From IMG/VR virus record IMGVR_UViG_3300036823_000324, positions 1 to 64,000 of that record: DNA of 64,000 nt; one strand, given 5' to 3'. The translations under genes were made by a program, and so were the position numbers. Below the pieces are notes generated by a model. The model worked only from the letters and a program-made list of their open reading frames with translations. It was not told the origin of the DNA and did no database searches. Source of the stretch: a virus. The number at the start of each line of letters is the position of its first letter. The first letter of the stretch is position 1. Below are positions 17,858 through 28,509 of this stretch, one piece after another.

Positions 17858-18882
17858 CCCGTCGCCTCCGGATCGTTGTCGACCATGGCCACCGAGCCCT
17901 CGACGACGCCCACGATCCTCAACTCGGCTTCAGCTGCGGAGATCACGCTCTCTTCGGCGTCCTCGACGCTCTCGGCTTCGACCGATTCGGCGAACCCCTG
18001 GCCGCCCTCGGCATAGATGGCGATCACGGTGAACACGCGGGATTCCTTTTCCCTCTGTTCCTGATCGGCTTCGGCGTCGACCTGGGCGAGGGTCTTCTCG
18101 CCCAGCAGCACTTCGATCCGCCGGCGGATCACCGGTGAGCCTTCCTGCAGGTGCCCGAGCAGGGCGTCGAATTCGGCGCGCTTCATGTGGAGGTCGGCCC
18201 CCATCGTCCGGCAGACCAACTCGTCGTCGAGCTGCGCGGTGGCAGACGGCACCGTCGTCATGGCGTCTTCGTGCGCCTCACCCAACACCCCGTAGGGCGT
18301 CGCCTCCTCGGTGGTCTCGATCGGCTGGAAGTCCTCGGCGCTGCAGTTGCCGCATTTCCACCCGGCCCCGTCGACCTCCCGCACGTCTTCGCTCCCGCAC
18401 TCCGGGCAGAGCATCACGTGGGGAGCTTCCGGCGGCGATGCGAACCCGAGCCGGAGGGGGATCGCCAGCCGCAGATCGTCGGCCGAGTTGACCGGCTTCA
18501 GCTGGCCGTCGTAGTGCTCGTTGGGCGCGGTCGAGAAGAAATCGGTCGGCTCCACGATCAGGCAGGCCTCGCCATCGACATCCTCGGGGCCCCAGACCAG
18601 CAGCCGCGCCGCGATCGGGTTGCCGTCGGTGTCGAAAACCTTGTCGACGATGCTCTCCTCCCTGCCGTCGCCGAGTTGATCGACACGGAGGGTCTGGGTG
18701 CTGGGCCGCATGTTGTCATCCCACTGCGCCCCGGCCTCCGCACCGAAGGTGCCGGCGAAGCTGTAGACCTCGCCGTCCTCACATCTGTTCTTGCCGTCGG
18801 GGTCGTCGAAGTTTGCCCCCCAGGTGTTGCCATATACGTCTCGGTCGGTATCGACCAACGTCTGGACCAGGAACTGGGTCAC
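17854..18882 (-). CDS. Multi-domain acidic protein with Zn ribbon
   Basis: CPECGSEDV...WKCGNC; CGAAAGGAG RBS. Confidence 0.7.
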   Translation of the reverse strand: MTQFLVQTLVDTDRDVYGNTWGANFDDPDGKNRCEDGEVYSFAGTFGAEAGAQWDDNMRPSTQTLRVDQLGDGREESIVDKVFDTDGNPIAARLLVWGPEDVDGEACLIVEPTDFFSTAPNEHYDGQLKPVNSADDLRLAIPLRLGFASPPEAPHVMLCPECGSEDVREVDGAGWKCGNCSAEDFQPIETTEEATPYGVLGEAHEDAMTTVPSATAQLDDELVCRTMGADLHMKRAEFDALLGHLQEGSPVIRRRIEVLLGEKTLAQVDAEADQEQREKESRVFTVIAIYAEGGQGFAESVEAESVEDAEESVISAAEAELRIVGVVEGSVAMVDNDPEATG

Positions 18883-18921
18883 AGGTTCTCCTTTCGTGTT
18901 ACCGATTCACAACTACATGAC

Positions 18922-18943
18922 ACTCTACGAATCCTCCTATAAC
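18922..18943 (-). promoter_or_regulatory. Repeated promoter motif GTTATAGG-N7-GTAGAGT
   Basis: Same bipartite motif at 21785-21806 and 23716-23737. Confidence 0.7.
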
Positions 18944-19125
18944 TCCCCTCCTTGTTCGACTTTCTGCCCGAATTCGTCGGGCTCGACTTTCGCCGGATCG
19001 GAGTCGATCGCCATCCAGCCCATGCCGGACTTCTCGACCGTGTTGGCGAGGTCGCGTGCGTTCTCGACCGCCTCGGTAGGTGAGTCGGCTTCGACGTTCA
19101 CCCAGGCCGGCACCAGGAACCTCAT
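18937..19125 (-). CDS. Hypothetical protein
   Basis: AAGGAGG RBS; VEADSPTEAVENA. Confidence 0.6.
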   Translation of the reverse strand: MRFLVPAWVNVEADSPTEAVENARDLANTVEKSGMGWMAIDSDPAKVEPDEFGQKVEQGGEL

Positions 19126-19667
19126 CCAGTCCTCCTTCTCGTGGTGTCAAGGTCGATGCCGAGGCTGTCATCCAGAGCCTCCCACCGCACCTGTTCGCCA
19201 TCGGTCTCTTCGGCCACGGCGTTGAGCTGCGAGAAGTAGTCCCGCAGGGTCAGCGACACTCGCTCGCGCCGGGTGTCTCCCGGGTCCAGGAGGATGTCGG
19301 CCTGTTCGGCGATCCCGGCAGCGATCGCGTTCAGGAAGCGGGCAAGGTTGGGGCCATACTGGGCGTCGACGGCCTCCATCAGCCGCTCCTCGAGGGCGTT
19401 CTTGTAGTCGATCAGTGAGTCGACGCCGCTCTCCTCGCCGTCGGAGCCGTCGCTGTACTTCATGGCCTCCTGCATTTCCGCGATGGTCTGTTCGCCCGGA
19501 GAGAAGTCGGGGCGTGCCGCCAGGGAGAGGTCGACCTTGCCGATCTCGATCTTCGCCGCGGCTGCGGCGCGCCACTCCTCCTGTGCCTCGGCAGAGAGCG
19601 CCGGCCACTCGACACCCTCGTTGGCGGCGAGGGCTTGCGCGATGAGGTACTCGACCACGGAGCTCAT
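19122..19667 (-). CDS. Hypothetical protein
   Basis: MSSVVEYLIAQALAA; ATGA coupling. Confidence 0.6.
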   Translation of the reverse strand: MSSVVEYLIAQALAANEGVEWPALSAEAQEEWRAAAAAKIEIGKVDLSLAARPDFSPGEQTIAEMQEAMKYSDGSDGEESGVDSLIDYKNALEERLMEAVDAQYGPNLARFLNAIAAGIAEQADILLDPGDTRRERVSLTLRDYFSQLNAVAEETDGEQVRWEALDDSLGIDLDTTRRRTG

Positions 19668-20092
19668 ACGACCGCCTCCGCCAGACGCAGTGCCGGTTTG
19701 ACACGCCAATAGTGCTTGGTCGAGTTGATCTCCCGGGCCTCCTCGTTCACGAGTTCGACGATGCCGAGCTTCTCGAGCCGCTTGAAGTGGTAGCTGACGG
19801 TGCTCAGGCCGACGCCGGTGATGTCGGCGACTTCGGTCGGCGCCACCTCTCCCTCCCCTTGCACGACGGCGACGAGCAAGGAGGAGAACAGCGCCTCCGA
19901 CAACACCCTCTCGGCGATCGCCCGCCAGGTCGTGCCGCCCGTCAGCAGCCCCGTCGCGCACGATCCGCAGAGGTAGACCCCGTCCTCCTCCTCGAGCGTC
20001 GACACCCGGAGGTGTCCGGGTCCGAAGGTCGAGCAGGCGGAGCAGTGCGTTTCGCCCCCCTCCTCGACCAGCAGCAGTTCTTCGATGTTCAC
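19664..20092 (-). CDS. Zn finger plus ArsR-like winged HTH regulator
   Basis: CSAC...CGSC then APTEVADITGVGLSTVSYHFKRLEKLGIVELV...KHYWR. Confidence 0.8.
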   Translation of the reverse strand: MNIEELLLVEEGGETHCSACSTFGPGHLRVSTLEEEDGVYLCGSCATGLLTGGTTWRAIAERVLSEALFSSLLVAVVQGEGEVAPTEVADITGVGLSTVSYHFKRLEKLGIVELVNEEAREINSTKHYWRVKPALRLAEAVV

Positions 20093-20138
20093 TTCGGTCT
20101 CCTTTCGTCTGTTTCCCTGTTTCCAAATCGGAAACAGT

Positions 20139-20369
20139 TCAGTAACGCGCCCACCAGCGGACGGTGCGGACGGCCATGATCACCCCGAAGGACAGGGGCG
20201 CCCAGCCCCATTCCTGGCCCGCCGACAGCGCCAGCCCGCCGAGCATCAGCAGTAGCGCGGCGAGGGCGAGGAACCCGCCGGCGCCCATCTCGCTCATCCC
20301 GATCGGCTGCCGCGGCGGCCGCGTCAGCAGCGCCGCAAGGACCACGAGGGTCACGATGGCCAAGATCAT
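20139..20369 (-). CDS. Small membrane protein (about 3 TM)
   Basis: Three hydrophobic segments. Confidence 0.6.
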   Translation of the reverse strand: MILAIVTLVVLAALLTRPPRQPIGMSEMGAGGFLALAALLLMLGGLALSAGQEWGWAPLSFGVIMAVRTVRWWARY

Positions 20370-20527
20370 CGTCCGCTCCCTTCTCTCGCGACGGGCTGCA
20401 GCAACTGCGCGTGACCCGCCTCATATTCACCTTCGACATCGAAGCCACCGGCGATCGCCAGCAACATCAGCATCACCGCCAGCACCGCGACTCCCAGCAC
20501 GATCTCCCCACGCTTCGTGAGTGTCAT
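20366..20527 (-). CDS. Small single-TM protein
   Basis: MTLTKRGEIVLGVAVLAVMLMLLAIAGGFD (translated by hand); coupled at both ends. Confidence 0.55.
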   Translation of the reverse strand: MTLTKRGEIVLGVAVLAVMLMLLAIAGGFDVEGEYEAGHAQLLQPVAREGSGR

Positions 20528-21047
20528 CTCAGGTCAATCCTTTCGACTGGACCGACGCCGATCTCATCGGCGTGGTGTTTGCACATCTCCGTCTTGATCC
20601 CGACCTGCAGCGTCTTACACCTACAGGTCACCTCCTGCACCGCTCCATACACGATCTTCCCCATCTGCACTTCGAGGAGGCAGAACTCGCAGGCACGCCG
20701 CGGCCACTCCCAGGCGGGCATCAGCGGGCCTCGGTCTTAGCATGCGCCATCGCCATGCGGACCAGGCCGTCCACGTCGTAGCCGCGCTGGATCGCGATGA
20801 TCAACTCGTCGGCGACGATGTCGATCATCATCGGCCGGCAGTGGTGGCGGGAGCCGACCTCCTTGCCGCAGGACTCGCAGGTGCGGCTGGCCGCCGGTGG
20901 GGTCGCTTGGTCGAAGTCGAGCAGGATCTCATTGCAGTCCGTGCACTCCACGGCGATGTTTTCCTTGCCGCCATAGGTGACGCACTCGATGTCATGCCCG
21001 ATGTGACGGAAGAGATCGTCGGTGCTGTGCGCGCCCATGTCACTCAC
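20524..21047 (-). other. Two small Cys-rich ORFs (20524-20721, 20721-21047)
   Basis: CxxC pairs; HIGHDIECVTYG...VAVECTDCNEILLDFD-like motif. Confidence 0.6.
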
Positions 21048-21747
21048 TCAACTGTGGGACGACGCGCCGCGCGAACGCCTCTACAGCGGCGCGCGCCTCG
21101 CCCGAGAACTCGTAATCGGCCGTGCCCGACCAGCTATAGCGGTAGCACACCCGCCGAATTTCGTAGGACAGTTCCCGCTCGTAGCCGCTGGGGACCGTCG
21201 CCGGCGACCCGTGCTGCTCGACATCGCACTCGATCAGGATCCGGCTGTCGGGCCCACCGACGCCGAGCACGATTTCAAAGGTCACCGTCGATTCGACCGC
21301 TAGCGGCCACCCGTCCATGACCCGTTCCGCGGCCTCGGCGAGGTCCTGGGGATCTTCGTCGAGGATGTTGCCGATCCCCAGCAGCCCCTCGATCTTCTCG
21401 CTGGAGCCGACTTCGTTGACGTCCTCCCGGTCGGTCGCCTGTGAGAGCGCCATCAGGAGGGCGATGTCGGCCGCGTCCCCGACCGCGGCCTCGGCGACGT
21501 GCAACTCCGGCACGGTCTGCGGGTTCTCCATCTCGTAGGGCGACGCGATCCGCTTCCGGTAGACGTCCAGCTGGTCTTCGGCGATCGTCGGGCCCGCGTA
21601 CCCGTGTAGTTCGCTGTCGGAGCCGAACTCCTCGCGGATGCGAGCGTCGACGCGATTCGTGATCTGGCCCGCGGCGTCGTCGTGGTTGCCGCTGTCGCCG
21701 GTAAGGGTGAACTCGGCGGTGATCCGGTGAATGCTTTGTGCTGGCAC
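21040..21747 (-). CDS. Hypothetical protein
   Basis: GCGAAAGGAG RBS before GTG 21747; downstream of the promoter motif. Confidence 0.65.
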   Translation of the reverse strand: MPAQSIHRITAEFTLTGDSGNHDDAAGQITNRVDARIREEFGSDSELHGYAGPTIAEDQLDVYRKRIASPYEMENPQTVPELHVAEAAVGDAADIALLMALSQATDREDVNEVGSSEKIEGLLGIGNILDEDPQDLAEAAERVMDGWPLAVESTVTFEIVLGVGGPDSRILIECDVEQHGSPATVPSGYERELSYEIRRVCYRYSWSGTADYEFSGEARAAVEAFARRVVPQLSE

Positions 21748-21784
21748 GGCTTCTCCTTTCGCTTGCACTATTCGATCCTCTACC

Positions 21785-21806
21785 ACTCTACGATTACTCC
21801 TATAAC
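21785..21806 (-). promoter_or_regulatory. Repeated promoter motif GTTATAGG-N7-GTAGAGT
   Basis: Intergenic exact copy. Confidence 0.7.
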
Positions 21807-21831
21807 CAACTCCGCTGCCCGACTTCTCGGC

Positions 21832-23610
21832 TCACTTGCTCGACCTCCACATGCGCAGCACATCCCCGGTCTTGAGCTCGAGCCACGGCTCGCCGTCGGG
21901 GTCGCGGAACGTGTGGTCCTGGGTGAGCACCTGCCGGCCGTCCCCGTAGAGCGGCACGTCGTCCCAGCCGAGGTAATAGATCGGCAGCGTGGCGAAGCTG
22001 ACGACCTGTCCACGTTGGCTCGCCTCGAACCAGGTGACGCCGTCGTCGTTCACGACCTCCGTCGGCCGGGACTCCGCGCACGCAGCGGTGAGCATCCCCC
22101 AGAGGTGCCTCTCGGTCCAGCCGAGCTTGACTTCCTCCTTCTCGCGCAGGATCTGGGTGTTCAGTGGCATTACCGGGCTCCTCTCTTCAGCCGCTCGCAC
22201 TCAAGGTGGTTCGGCAGGATTTGCGTACTCGTGGTGACGCTGTGCCAGTCCAGCCCCAGCTTCACCTTCACGTCGTTATCGCCGATCGGCTCGACGGACC
22301 AGACCTTGTCGAAACCGCCCGCGACAGGCGCGGCGCCGACAAAGGTCAGGGTGTCGCCCGGCTCGAGCCTGAAGGCGTCTACCGTCTCGACAGCCATCAC
22401 GCCACCTCGTGGGGAGTCAGCGAGGAGGACCCGAATGGCCGCTCCAAGGAGAAGCCGGTGATCTTGCCGGCCCGGACCAATGCCTCGGCCGCCGCCTCAT
22501 CGCCCTCGTAGCGCTCGCATTCGTCGCAGCGCTCGATCCAACGGCGGCAGCCGTCCTCGTTGGCCGCCGTCGGGAATCGCACCCCCGGGATCGACTCGGG
22601 GTGGTCGCGGCAGCCTTCGCAGTCGTTCAGTGCCATCTCGACGCGCTGCACGATGGTCCCGTTGGCGGGGTCGTTGTAGGCAGCGATCCGGTCTATCGCG
22701 TCGGACATCATCGGTCCTTCCTGCAGCGCTCGGCGAAGTCCGCCAGCGCCGCGGTTTCGTCGAGGTCGTAGTGGCCCCAGAAGAGCTCAACCTCGCCCGT
22801 GTTCCGGTTGTGGCCCCAGCGGATCGTCACGTAGGGAGGGAAACCCTTGTCCAAGTCGACCTGCCGCAGCGCGGTGGCGATGCCTTCGACCTTGTGCTGG
22901 TCGGCGATCGGCGAGGTCACGGCGATCGCCGTGACCAGCCCGATGCGCTCGCGGACAGCCTGGGCGCCGGCCTCGACCGACAGCGGTCCCCGTTCGACAT
23001 AGGTGCCCCCGCGGTCGGCGCTCATCGGACCACCCCCCGACCTATAACTGCCTCTCGGCGCTCGACTTCCTGCCTCATTCGCCGGAGCGACTCCCGCTCC
23101 CGCCGGCCGGAAGCGCGGCGGGGCTTGGGCTGGTTGGTCTGGAGCCACGCGGGCTTCTTGGCGGTCACTAGTACCGCACCTCCCCGTACGGTTCCTCTTG
23201 TGAGTCGATGCTCATGGTGTCCTCCTGCCAGCCCGGGCGCATGGCCCGGGCCGGGTTCATGGGTGGTCGGTGGACTACTAGGAGTTGACTTTGCGCGCGT
23301 CCGTTTCGCCCGCTTTGTGGGCCTTGGTCCCGGGTTTGCGCGGCTTCGCCTTCGGTTTCGCCGCCGCTTTGGCGCGCGTTTCGATGGTCGCGAGCGCCTG
23401 TTTGCCGTACACGGCGGCGCGGTTCAGGTCGGCACCGAGGTCCTCGAGCCACTCCTTGGTGTCTTTGCGGTACTGCTTCTGCTCGCTGAACGGGACGATC
23501 ACCGCGACCGCCTCGTCGATCTGGGCGTTGAAACCGTCCGCCAGGCCTTCGAGCTCAGCGACGATCTCACGGGCCTTGTCCAGCGCGCTGCTCTTGGTGC
23601 TGCTAGCCAT
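21832..23610 (-). other. Run of small ORFs (21832-22170, 22170-22400, 22397-22711, 22708-23025, 23278-23610 and two short ones between)
   Basis: Coupled starts and stops; no recognisable domains. Confidence 0.6.
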
Positions 23611-23715
23611 ATGGCCATCTCCTTTGCGATGCCCGCGGCTGCCGGCGGGCGCGGCTTGGAGCCCCAGCGGCTCCGGATCAGAGAGAACCTCTAATCCCCT
23701 CTCCGATCCCCTACT

Positions 23716-23737
23716 ACTCTACATATACACCTATAAC
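23716..23737 (-). promoter_or_regulatory. Repeated promoter motif GTTATAGG-N7-GTAGAGT
   Basis: Intergenic, AT-rich exact copy. Confidence 0.7.
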
Positions 23738-23763
23738 TCTCTCCCTATTCCGACTTCTCCGCC

Positions 23764-25380
23764 TCACGCGGGCTCGAAGCCGAGGATCAGGGGGTCGTCG
23801 GTGGGCACGGCGATCGCCCGGCTGGCGATCTCGCCCTCGTGCTCGGTCTCGACCAGCTGCATCGCCTCCTGAGCGTCGCCGGCGATCACCAGGTAGGTCG
23901 TGCCGTCCCCCAGGACCCGCCAGAGGGGCGTCACGGGGTCGGGCGGCGGCCCGTAGGTTCTAGGTTCTACGAGAGGCTTGAGGTCGGCCGGGTAACGCTG
24001 AAAGCTGAGGTCCGCCCAGTTGCGGCCGCTCGCCGTCAGGCGGGCGGTCCTCCGGGAGTTGCGGGTCCGCTGCTCGACCAGCGGGAAGGTGGCGAAGATC
24101 GTCCGGTCCTCGACCCACGGCCCGCACTCGCCGGCCAGCCAGCGGGTGCCTCCGCGGGCGGAGCTGTAGGAGACCGGCAGGCCGAGCACCTCGGCGACCT
24201 CGACGACGCGGAAGGCGTCCATCCATTCGCCGCCGTGCAGGCAGCGGAGCGCATAGACCGCGGCGGCCGGCCAGTCGTCGAACTCCAGGCCGTGGGCGAG
24301 CAGGAGGGCGTTCGTCTGGTGCTGCCGCCGCGACATCAGCTCACCGGAGGGCCTGTCCGCGCACCAGCGCGCGGCCCTTGGCCGTGGGCGTACACATGAT
24401 CGGCGGGCGCCCGATCAGCGTGACGAGCCCCCGGCGCGCCAAGGCACGGGCCGACGGTTCAGGGACCGACACGCGGTAGATCGTGCGGCCACCGCGCTCG
24501 ATCTTGTAGACGCCCCACTCGAAGTCGGCGAGCGTCGCCGCGGGGACGACCTGCGCGTCGAGGCCGCCGCGGCCCTCGAATCGCACGATGTACGTCAGCG
24601 CCTCGAAGCTGATGTCGGTCAGCGCCATCTCAGCCGGCGAGGTCGGCGCAGTCCCCGCAGAGGCGGTAGTAGCGGGGATCCGGGCCGGCGATCAGGTACC
24701 ACTCGCCGTCCGAGGTGCGCCGTAACAGCACCCCCTCCGGGAGCTCGGCCTTGACGTGGCTCTGACAGCGCGGGATGAAGCGCGGGGTGAAACGAGAGTC
24801 CCCCTCCGCCTTCTCGTTCTTCCGCTCGCCGTGCTCGATCAGCTTCTGCAGCTTGCGCCAGCTGCGCGGGAGGTGGACCAGGATCGGGTCCATCAGTAGC
24901 CGCCGAACTGGACGCGGTACCAGCGCCAGTAGAGCTGGCCGTCCGACTCGAAGGTTTCGCGATAGCACCCGCGGAACTGCGTTAGATCCGCCAGGAGGTC
25001 GCGCTTCAGCGACTCAAGGAAAAGCTTCCTCTCGAAGGCGTCCATCAGGACCTCGGCGTGGCTTCCACGGCAGCACTGAGCTTGTCGCGGGCCATTTCCT
25101 CCTCCACCGTCTTCGCTTCACGGTCGCGCAGCAGCGCAAGCAGGGCTTCGGCCTCGTGCCTGTCGAGGAGGCCTCGCGGCCAGCAGGTCAGCATCTAGTG
25201 GTCCTCCTTCGGTTCGATCGGGGCGAAGTTCTCGGGATGCTCTCGACGCGCCCGGTAGTAGCTCTCCGGCGTCACGTAGATCGTCATGAAGTGATCGCAT
25301 GGGCCTCGCAGCGCCGGGATGTGGGGCCGCATCCGGCGCTTCAGGAGCAGGCGGCCTTCGCGCCCGGCCATCCCGAACAT
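23764..25380 (-). other. Run of small ORFs (23764-24336, 24341-24628, 24630-24893, two of about 50 aa, 25195-25380)
   Basis: Coupled packing; the first two end in wHTH-like LTASGR / PTAKGR wings. Confidence 0.55.
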
Positions 25381-27479
25381 CAGACGAGTTCGACTTCGCT
25401 CGGCGAGGCGGACGAGGCTCGGCTGACCACCAGCCGCTGCGGCAGCGCGTCGACGAGCTCCACCTGGTGGCTGACCAGCAGCACCTGGTGGGGCAGTTTG
25501 GTCAACATCTCGGCGAGCATCGCCACGCCGGCGGCGTCGAGGTCGGTCGGCTCGTCGATCAGCAGGCAGTCGAGCTCCTGGCGCTGCAGGGCGCCGGCGA
25601 TGCCGAGGCGAAGGGCCAGGTGGATGCGGTATTGCTCGCCGCCGCTGTAGGTCTCGAGCGGCCGCTCCATCGTCCCGTCGTCGACCAGGATGTCGAGGGT
25701 CTCGCTGAGGCTGCCGGACTTCGTCTGGCGCTGGGTCGCGAGCCGGATGCTCATCGAGCTGTCGAGCTGGTCGAGGACCTCGTTCGCGCCCGCCTCTATC
25801 ACCCCCACGGCGTTGTCGAGGATCATCGCCGGGATCCCCTCGCGGCTGAACGCCTTCGCCAGCACCGCCAGCGCCCGGGCGTCCACGTCGGCCGCGGCCG
25901 CGGACTTCCTGTATTCGACCGCCTTCTCCTCGAGGATCCGGACGCTGTCGCGGGCGTTGGTGCTGGCGGCGATCCGCTGTTGGAGGTCGGTTATCGCCCG
26001 CTCGAGCTCGCGCACCGTCTCGCGGCAGGAGGCAGTCGAGGGACCCACGGGGACCTCCGCCGGCAGCTCCTCGGCCTCGCCCTTCAGTCGGTCCCACTCC
26101 TCTTTCAGATCGGCGGCCGTCTCGTGGCCCTCCAGCTCGGTGATCGTGCCCTCGAGGCGATCGCGGAAGCGCTGCCGCGCCTCGAGGGCTTCGAGGTGGG
26201 CGGCGTCGAAGGGCACCGGATCGTCGACCGCGACCGCTCCCCGGGCCACCTCCTCTTCATGGGCGACGGCGGCCTCCACGGCCCTTTTCCGCTGCATAAG
26301 ACCCTCCGTCGCGTCGGAGAGGTCCGTCTTGGCCGCGGTGAGCCGCGTCGCCAGGACATCGAGCGCCGCGGCGCGATGCTCGATGTCCACCTCCTGGTTG
26401 CAGGTCGGGCACCTCGCGCCGGGTTGTTCGGCGGCGGTGATCTCGAATTTGATCCCGCTGCAGCGCTCTTCGGCCTGTTCGACCTGGCGGGCCGCGGTGC
26501 CGACCTCGCCCTGAGCGGCCTCGAGGGCTTTCTCCGCCGCCCGGTAGGCCTCGCCCTGCGCTTCGCGCCGGGCGTCTGCCGCGGCACGTGCGGCATCGAC
26601 CAGTGCCTTCTTCTCGCGCTCACCGGCGACCACGTCGTCGATGCCCTCGAGGCCCGTCATGTCGTTGCGGGCCTCGAAGAGGCGTCTCTCGTTCTCTTTG
26701 GCCTGTTTCCCGCGCTCACGCACGCCGTTCATCTGGGTGATCAGCTGCCGGCGACGGTTGACCTGTTCGACGGCCTTCTCGCGCTCGATCGCGGCGTCGA
26801 GCTCCTCCTCGGCGGTCTCGTGGCTTTCCTCCCCGTGCTCGAGCTCCATCGAGAGAAGCCCGTCGTCCTCGATCAGCTCTTCCTGGGCGCCCAGCTGCTC
26901 TTCGATGCCCTCGATCCTCACCCGGGCCGAGTCTGCCCGCGAGGCGGCGTCCCTCGCGTCCTGAGAGGCGCTCTCGCGCCAGTCCTCGTACCGCTCGAGG
27001 CCCAGGAGGCCGCCGAGCAGCTGCTTCCGTTTCCCCGGCCCCATCGCGGCGAGCAGCCCCGCCTCGCCCTGGGGGGCATAGATCGAGGCGGTGAAGGCAT
27101 CGCCGTCCATCCCGGTGATCATCTCCTCGATCAGGGCCTGTGACTCGGCGATCGTCCGCATCGCGATCGGCTTGAAGCCGCTCGGGCCGGTGGAGGATTC
27201 GACGACCAGCCAGCTCTTGCGGCCGCGCTCGCGGCCGCGGTTGACGCGCCAGCGGATGCCGTCCTGCTCGACTTCGAGCGTGACCGCGCCGCGGTCGGCG
27301 CTGCGCGAGATCAACTCGTCGGCCGAGCCGCCGTAGAGGGCGAAGTCGACGGCGAGCAACAGCGAGCTCTTGCCGGCGCCGTTCGGGCCCACGATCGCCG
27401 CGCAGTCGAGCATCGCCAGGTCGAGGTCCAGCTTCTCGTGCGAACGGAAGTTCTCCAGCTGCAGGTGCGTGAGTCTCAA
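25380..27479 (-). CDS. sbcC: SbcC/Rad50-like SMC ATPase
   Basis: LENFRSH, Walker A GPNGAGKSS, coiled coil with CPTC zinc hook, YSGGE signature, Walker B LLIDEP, VSH. Confidence 0.92.
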   Translation of the reverse strand: MRLTHLQLENFRSHEKLDLDLAMLDCAAIVGPNGAGKSSLLLAVDFALYGGSADELISRSADRGAVTLEVEQDGIRWRVNRGRERGRKSWLVVESSTGPSGFKPIAMRTIAESQALIEEMITGMDGDAFTASIYAPQGEAGLLAAMGPGKRKQLLGGLLGLERYEDWRESASQDARDAASRADSARVRIEGIEEQLGAQEELIEDDGLLSMELEHGEESHETAEEELDAAIEREKAVEQVNRRRQLITQMNGVRERGKQAKENERRLFEARNDMTGLEGIDDVVAGEREKKALVDAARAAADARREAQGEAYRAAEKALEAAQGEVGTAARQVEQAEERCSGIKFEITAAEQPGARCPTCNQEVDIEHRAAALDVLATRLTAAKTDLSDATEGLMQRKRAVEAAVAHEEEVARGAVAVDDPVPFDAAHLEALEARQRFRDRLEGTITELEGHETAADLKEEWDRLKGEAEELPAEVPVGPSTASCRETVRELERAITDLQQRIAASTNARDSVRILEEKAVEYRKSAAAADVDARALAVLAKAFSREGIPAMILDNAVGVIEAGANEVLDQLDSSMSIRLATQRQTKSGSLSETLDILVDDGTMERPLETYSGGEQYRIHLALRLGIAGALQRQELDCLLIDEPTDLDAAGVAMLAEMLTKLPHQVLLVSHQVELVDALPQRLVVSRASSASPSEVELV

Positions 27480-27963
27480 ACGTTGCTCCTCTCGTGATAG
27501 TCGAACTGCTCGTATCCGCACTGGATCAGCGCTTTGCGCAGGCGATCGCCGGGGCCGCCCGGGTACCAGCCCATGTGATTGCCCCACTGCTCGAGCGACC
27601 AGCGCCGGACCTGCGCGCCGTGCTTCTGCTCGAGGCTCTCGATCTCGGCGAGCATCCAGCAGGAGGGTTCGCCGGTCGACCACATCTGGCCGATCCAGCG
27701 CAGGACGGCCCGGGCGCGGGTCGGCTGGCCGCCGTAGGTGATGTAGCTCACGGCTTCCGCCCGATGTGTTCGGAGCGGGCGATCGCCGCCCGGAAAGGCG
27801 CGGTGGGGCCTTTCAGACCCTCGAGGCGCTTCGCGGCGGCGGCGCGGGTGAAGAGCGCCGCGGCCTCGGCATGCACGGTCCAGAACGGCTCATGGTCGAG
27901 CGTCCCGGCGTAGTAGCGGTCGTGGCTGTCGAGGATCAGGTAGTTGGGGATCTGCCCTGCCAT
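27476..27963 (-). other. Two small ORFs (27476-27751, 27748-27963)
   Basis: Coupled overlaps. Confidence 0.5.
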
Positions 27964-28509
27964 TCAGTTCTCCTCGGTCCAGTAGTTCTCGAGCACGACG
28001 TCGTCGGGCACACGGTGTTTGCCGCGGGCGAGCGGGTGCTTCGGGTCACCCGCGCCGGTGAGCCCGAGGGCCATCGGCTGCTCGCGGGCGGCCAGGATCT
28101 CGATCACGGCCCGGACCCGCTCCGCATGACCGGTGAGCCGTCTCGGCGCCGCGCCGCCCCAGGCGACCACGATCTCGTCGGCTTCTTCGGCCATCGACCG
28201 CAGCCATTCGTCGTTGTCGGGCCCGACCGGGTCGGTGAATTCGAGCAGCGATTTCGGATCCGTGGCGCGGCGGGCGTAGAGGTTGCCGACCGCGAGGCGC
28301 TCGAAGCCCCACCTCTTGGCGAACTTCATGCAGCGGGTGATCGTCGGGTCGTTCTTGTTCGCGTCGGCGGTCGAGGGGTTCAGCATCACGAACAGGCAGG
28401 TGCCGATCGCCCGGCTCCATCCGTCGCCCCCGCCGAGCTCCGGCGGAATGTCCCGCCAGAGCCCGTAGCGATAGATGCCGTCGGGGCTGATGACCGCGCC
28501 GGCGCCCAT
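27964..28509 (-). CDS. DUF1643 domain protein
   Basis: YRYGLWR, FVMLNPSTAD...DPTITRCMKFAKRWG...NLYARRATDP, VAWG, PKHPL. Confidence 0.92.
   Translation of the reverse strand: MGAGAVISPDGIYRYGLWRDIPPELGGGDGWSRAIGTCLFVMLNPSTADANKNDPTITRCMKFAKRWGFERLAVGNLYARRATDPKSLLEFTDPVGPDNDEWLRSMAEEADEIVVAWGGAAPRRLTGHAERVRAVIEILAAREQPMALGLTGAGDPKHPLARGKHRVPDDVVLENYWTEEN

Noticed and set aside
25299-27143. Long plus-strand ORFs (also 8584-9969, 15557-17194, 41842-43611, 51314-52942, 59903-61510)
   Set aside because: Antisense shadows of real minus-strand genes, expected with high-GC codon bias; no motifs.
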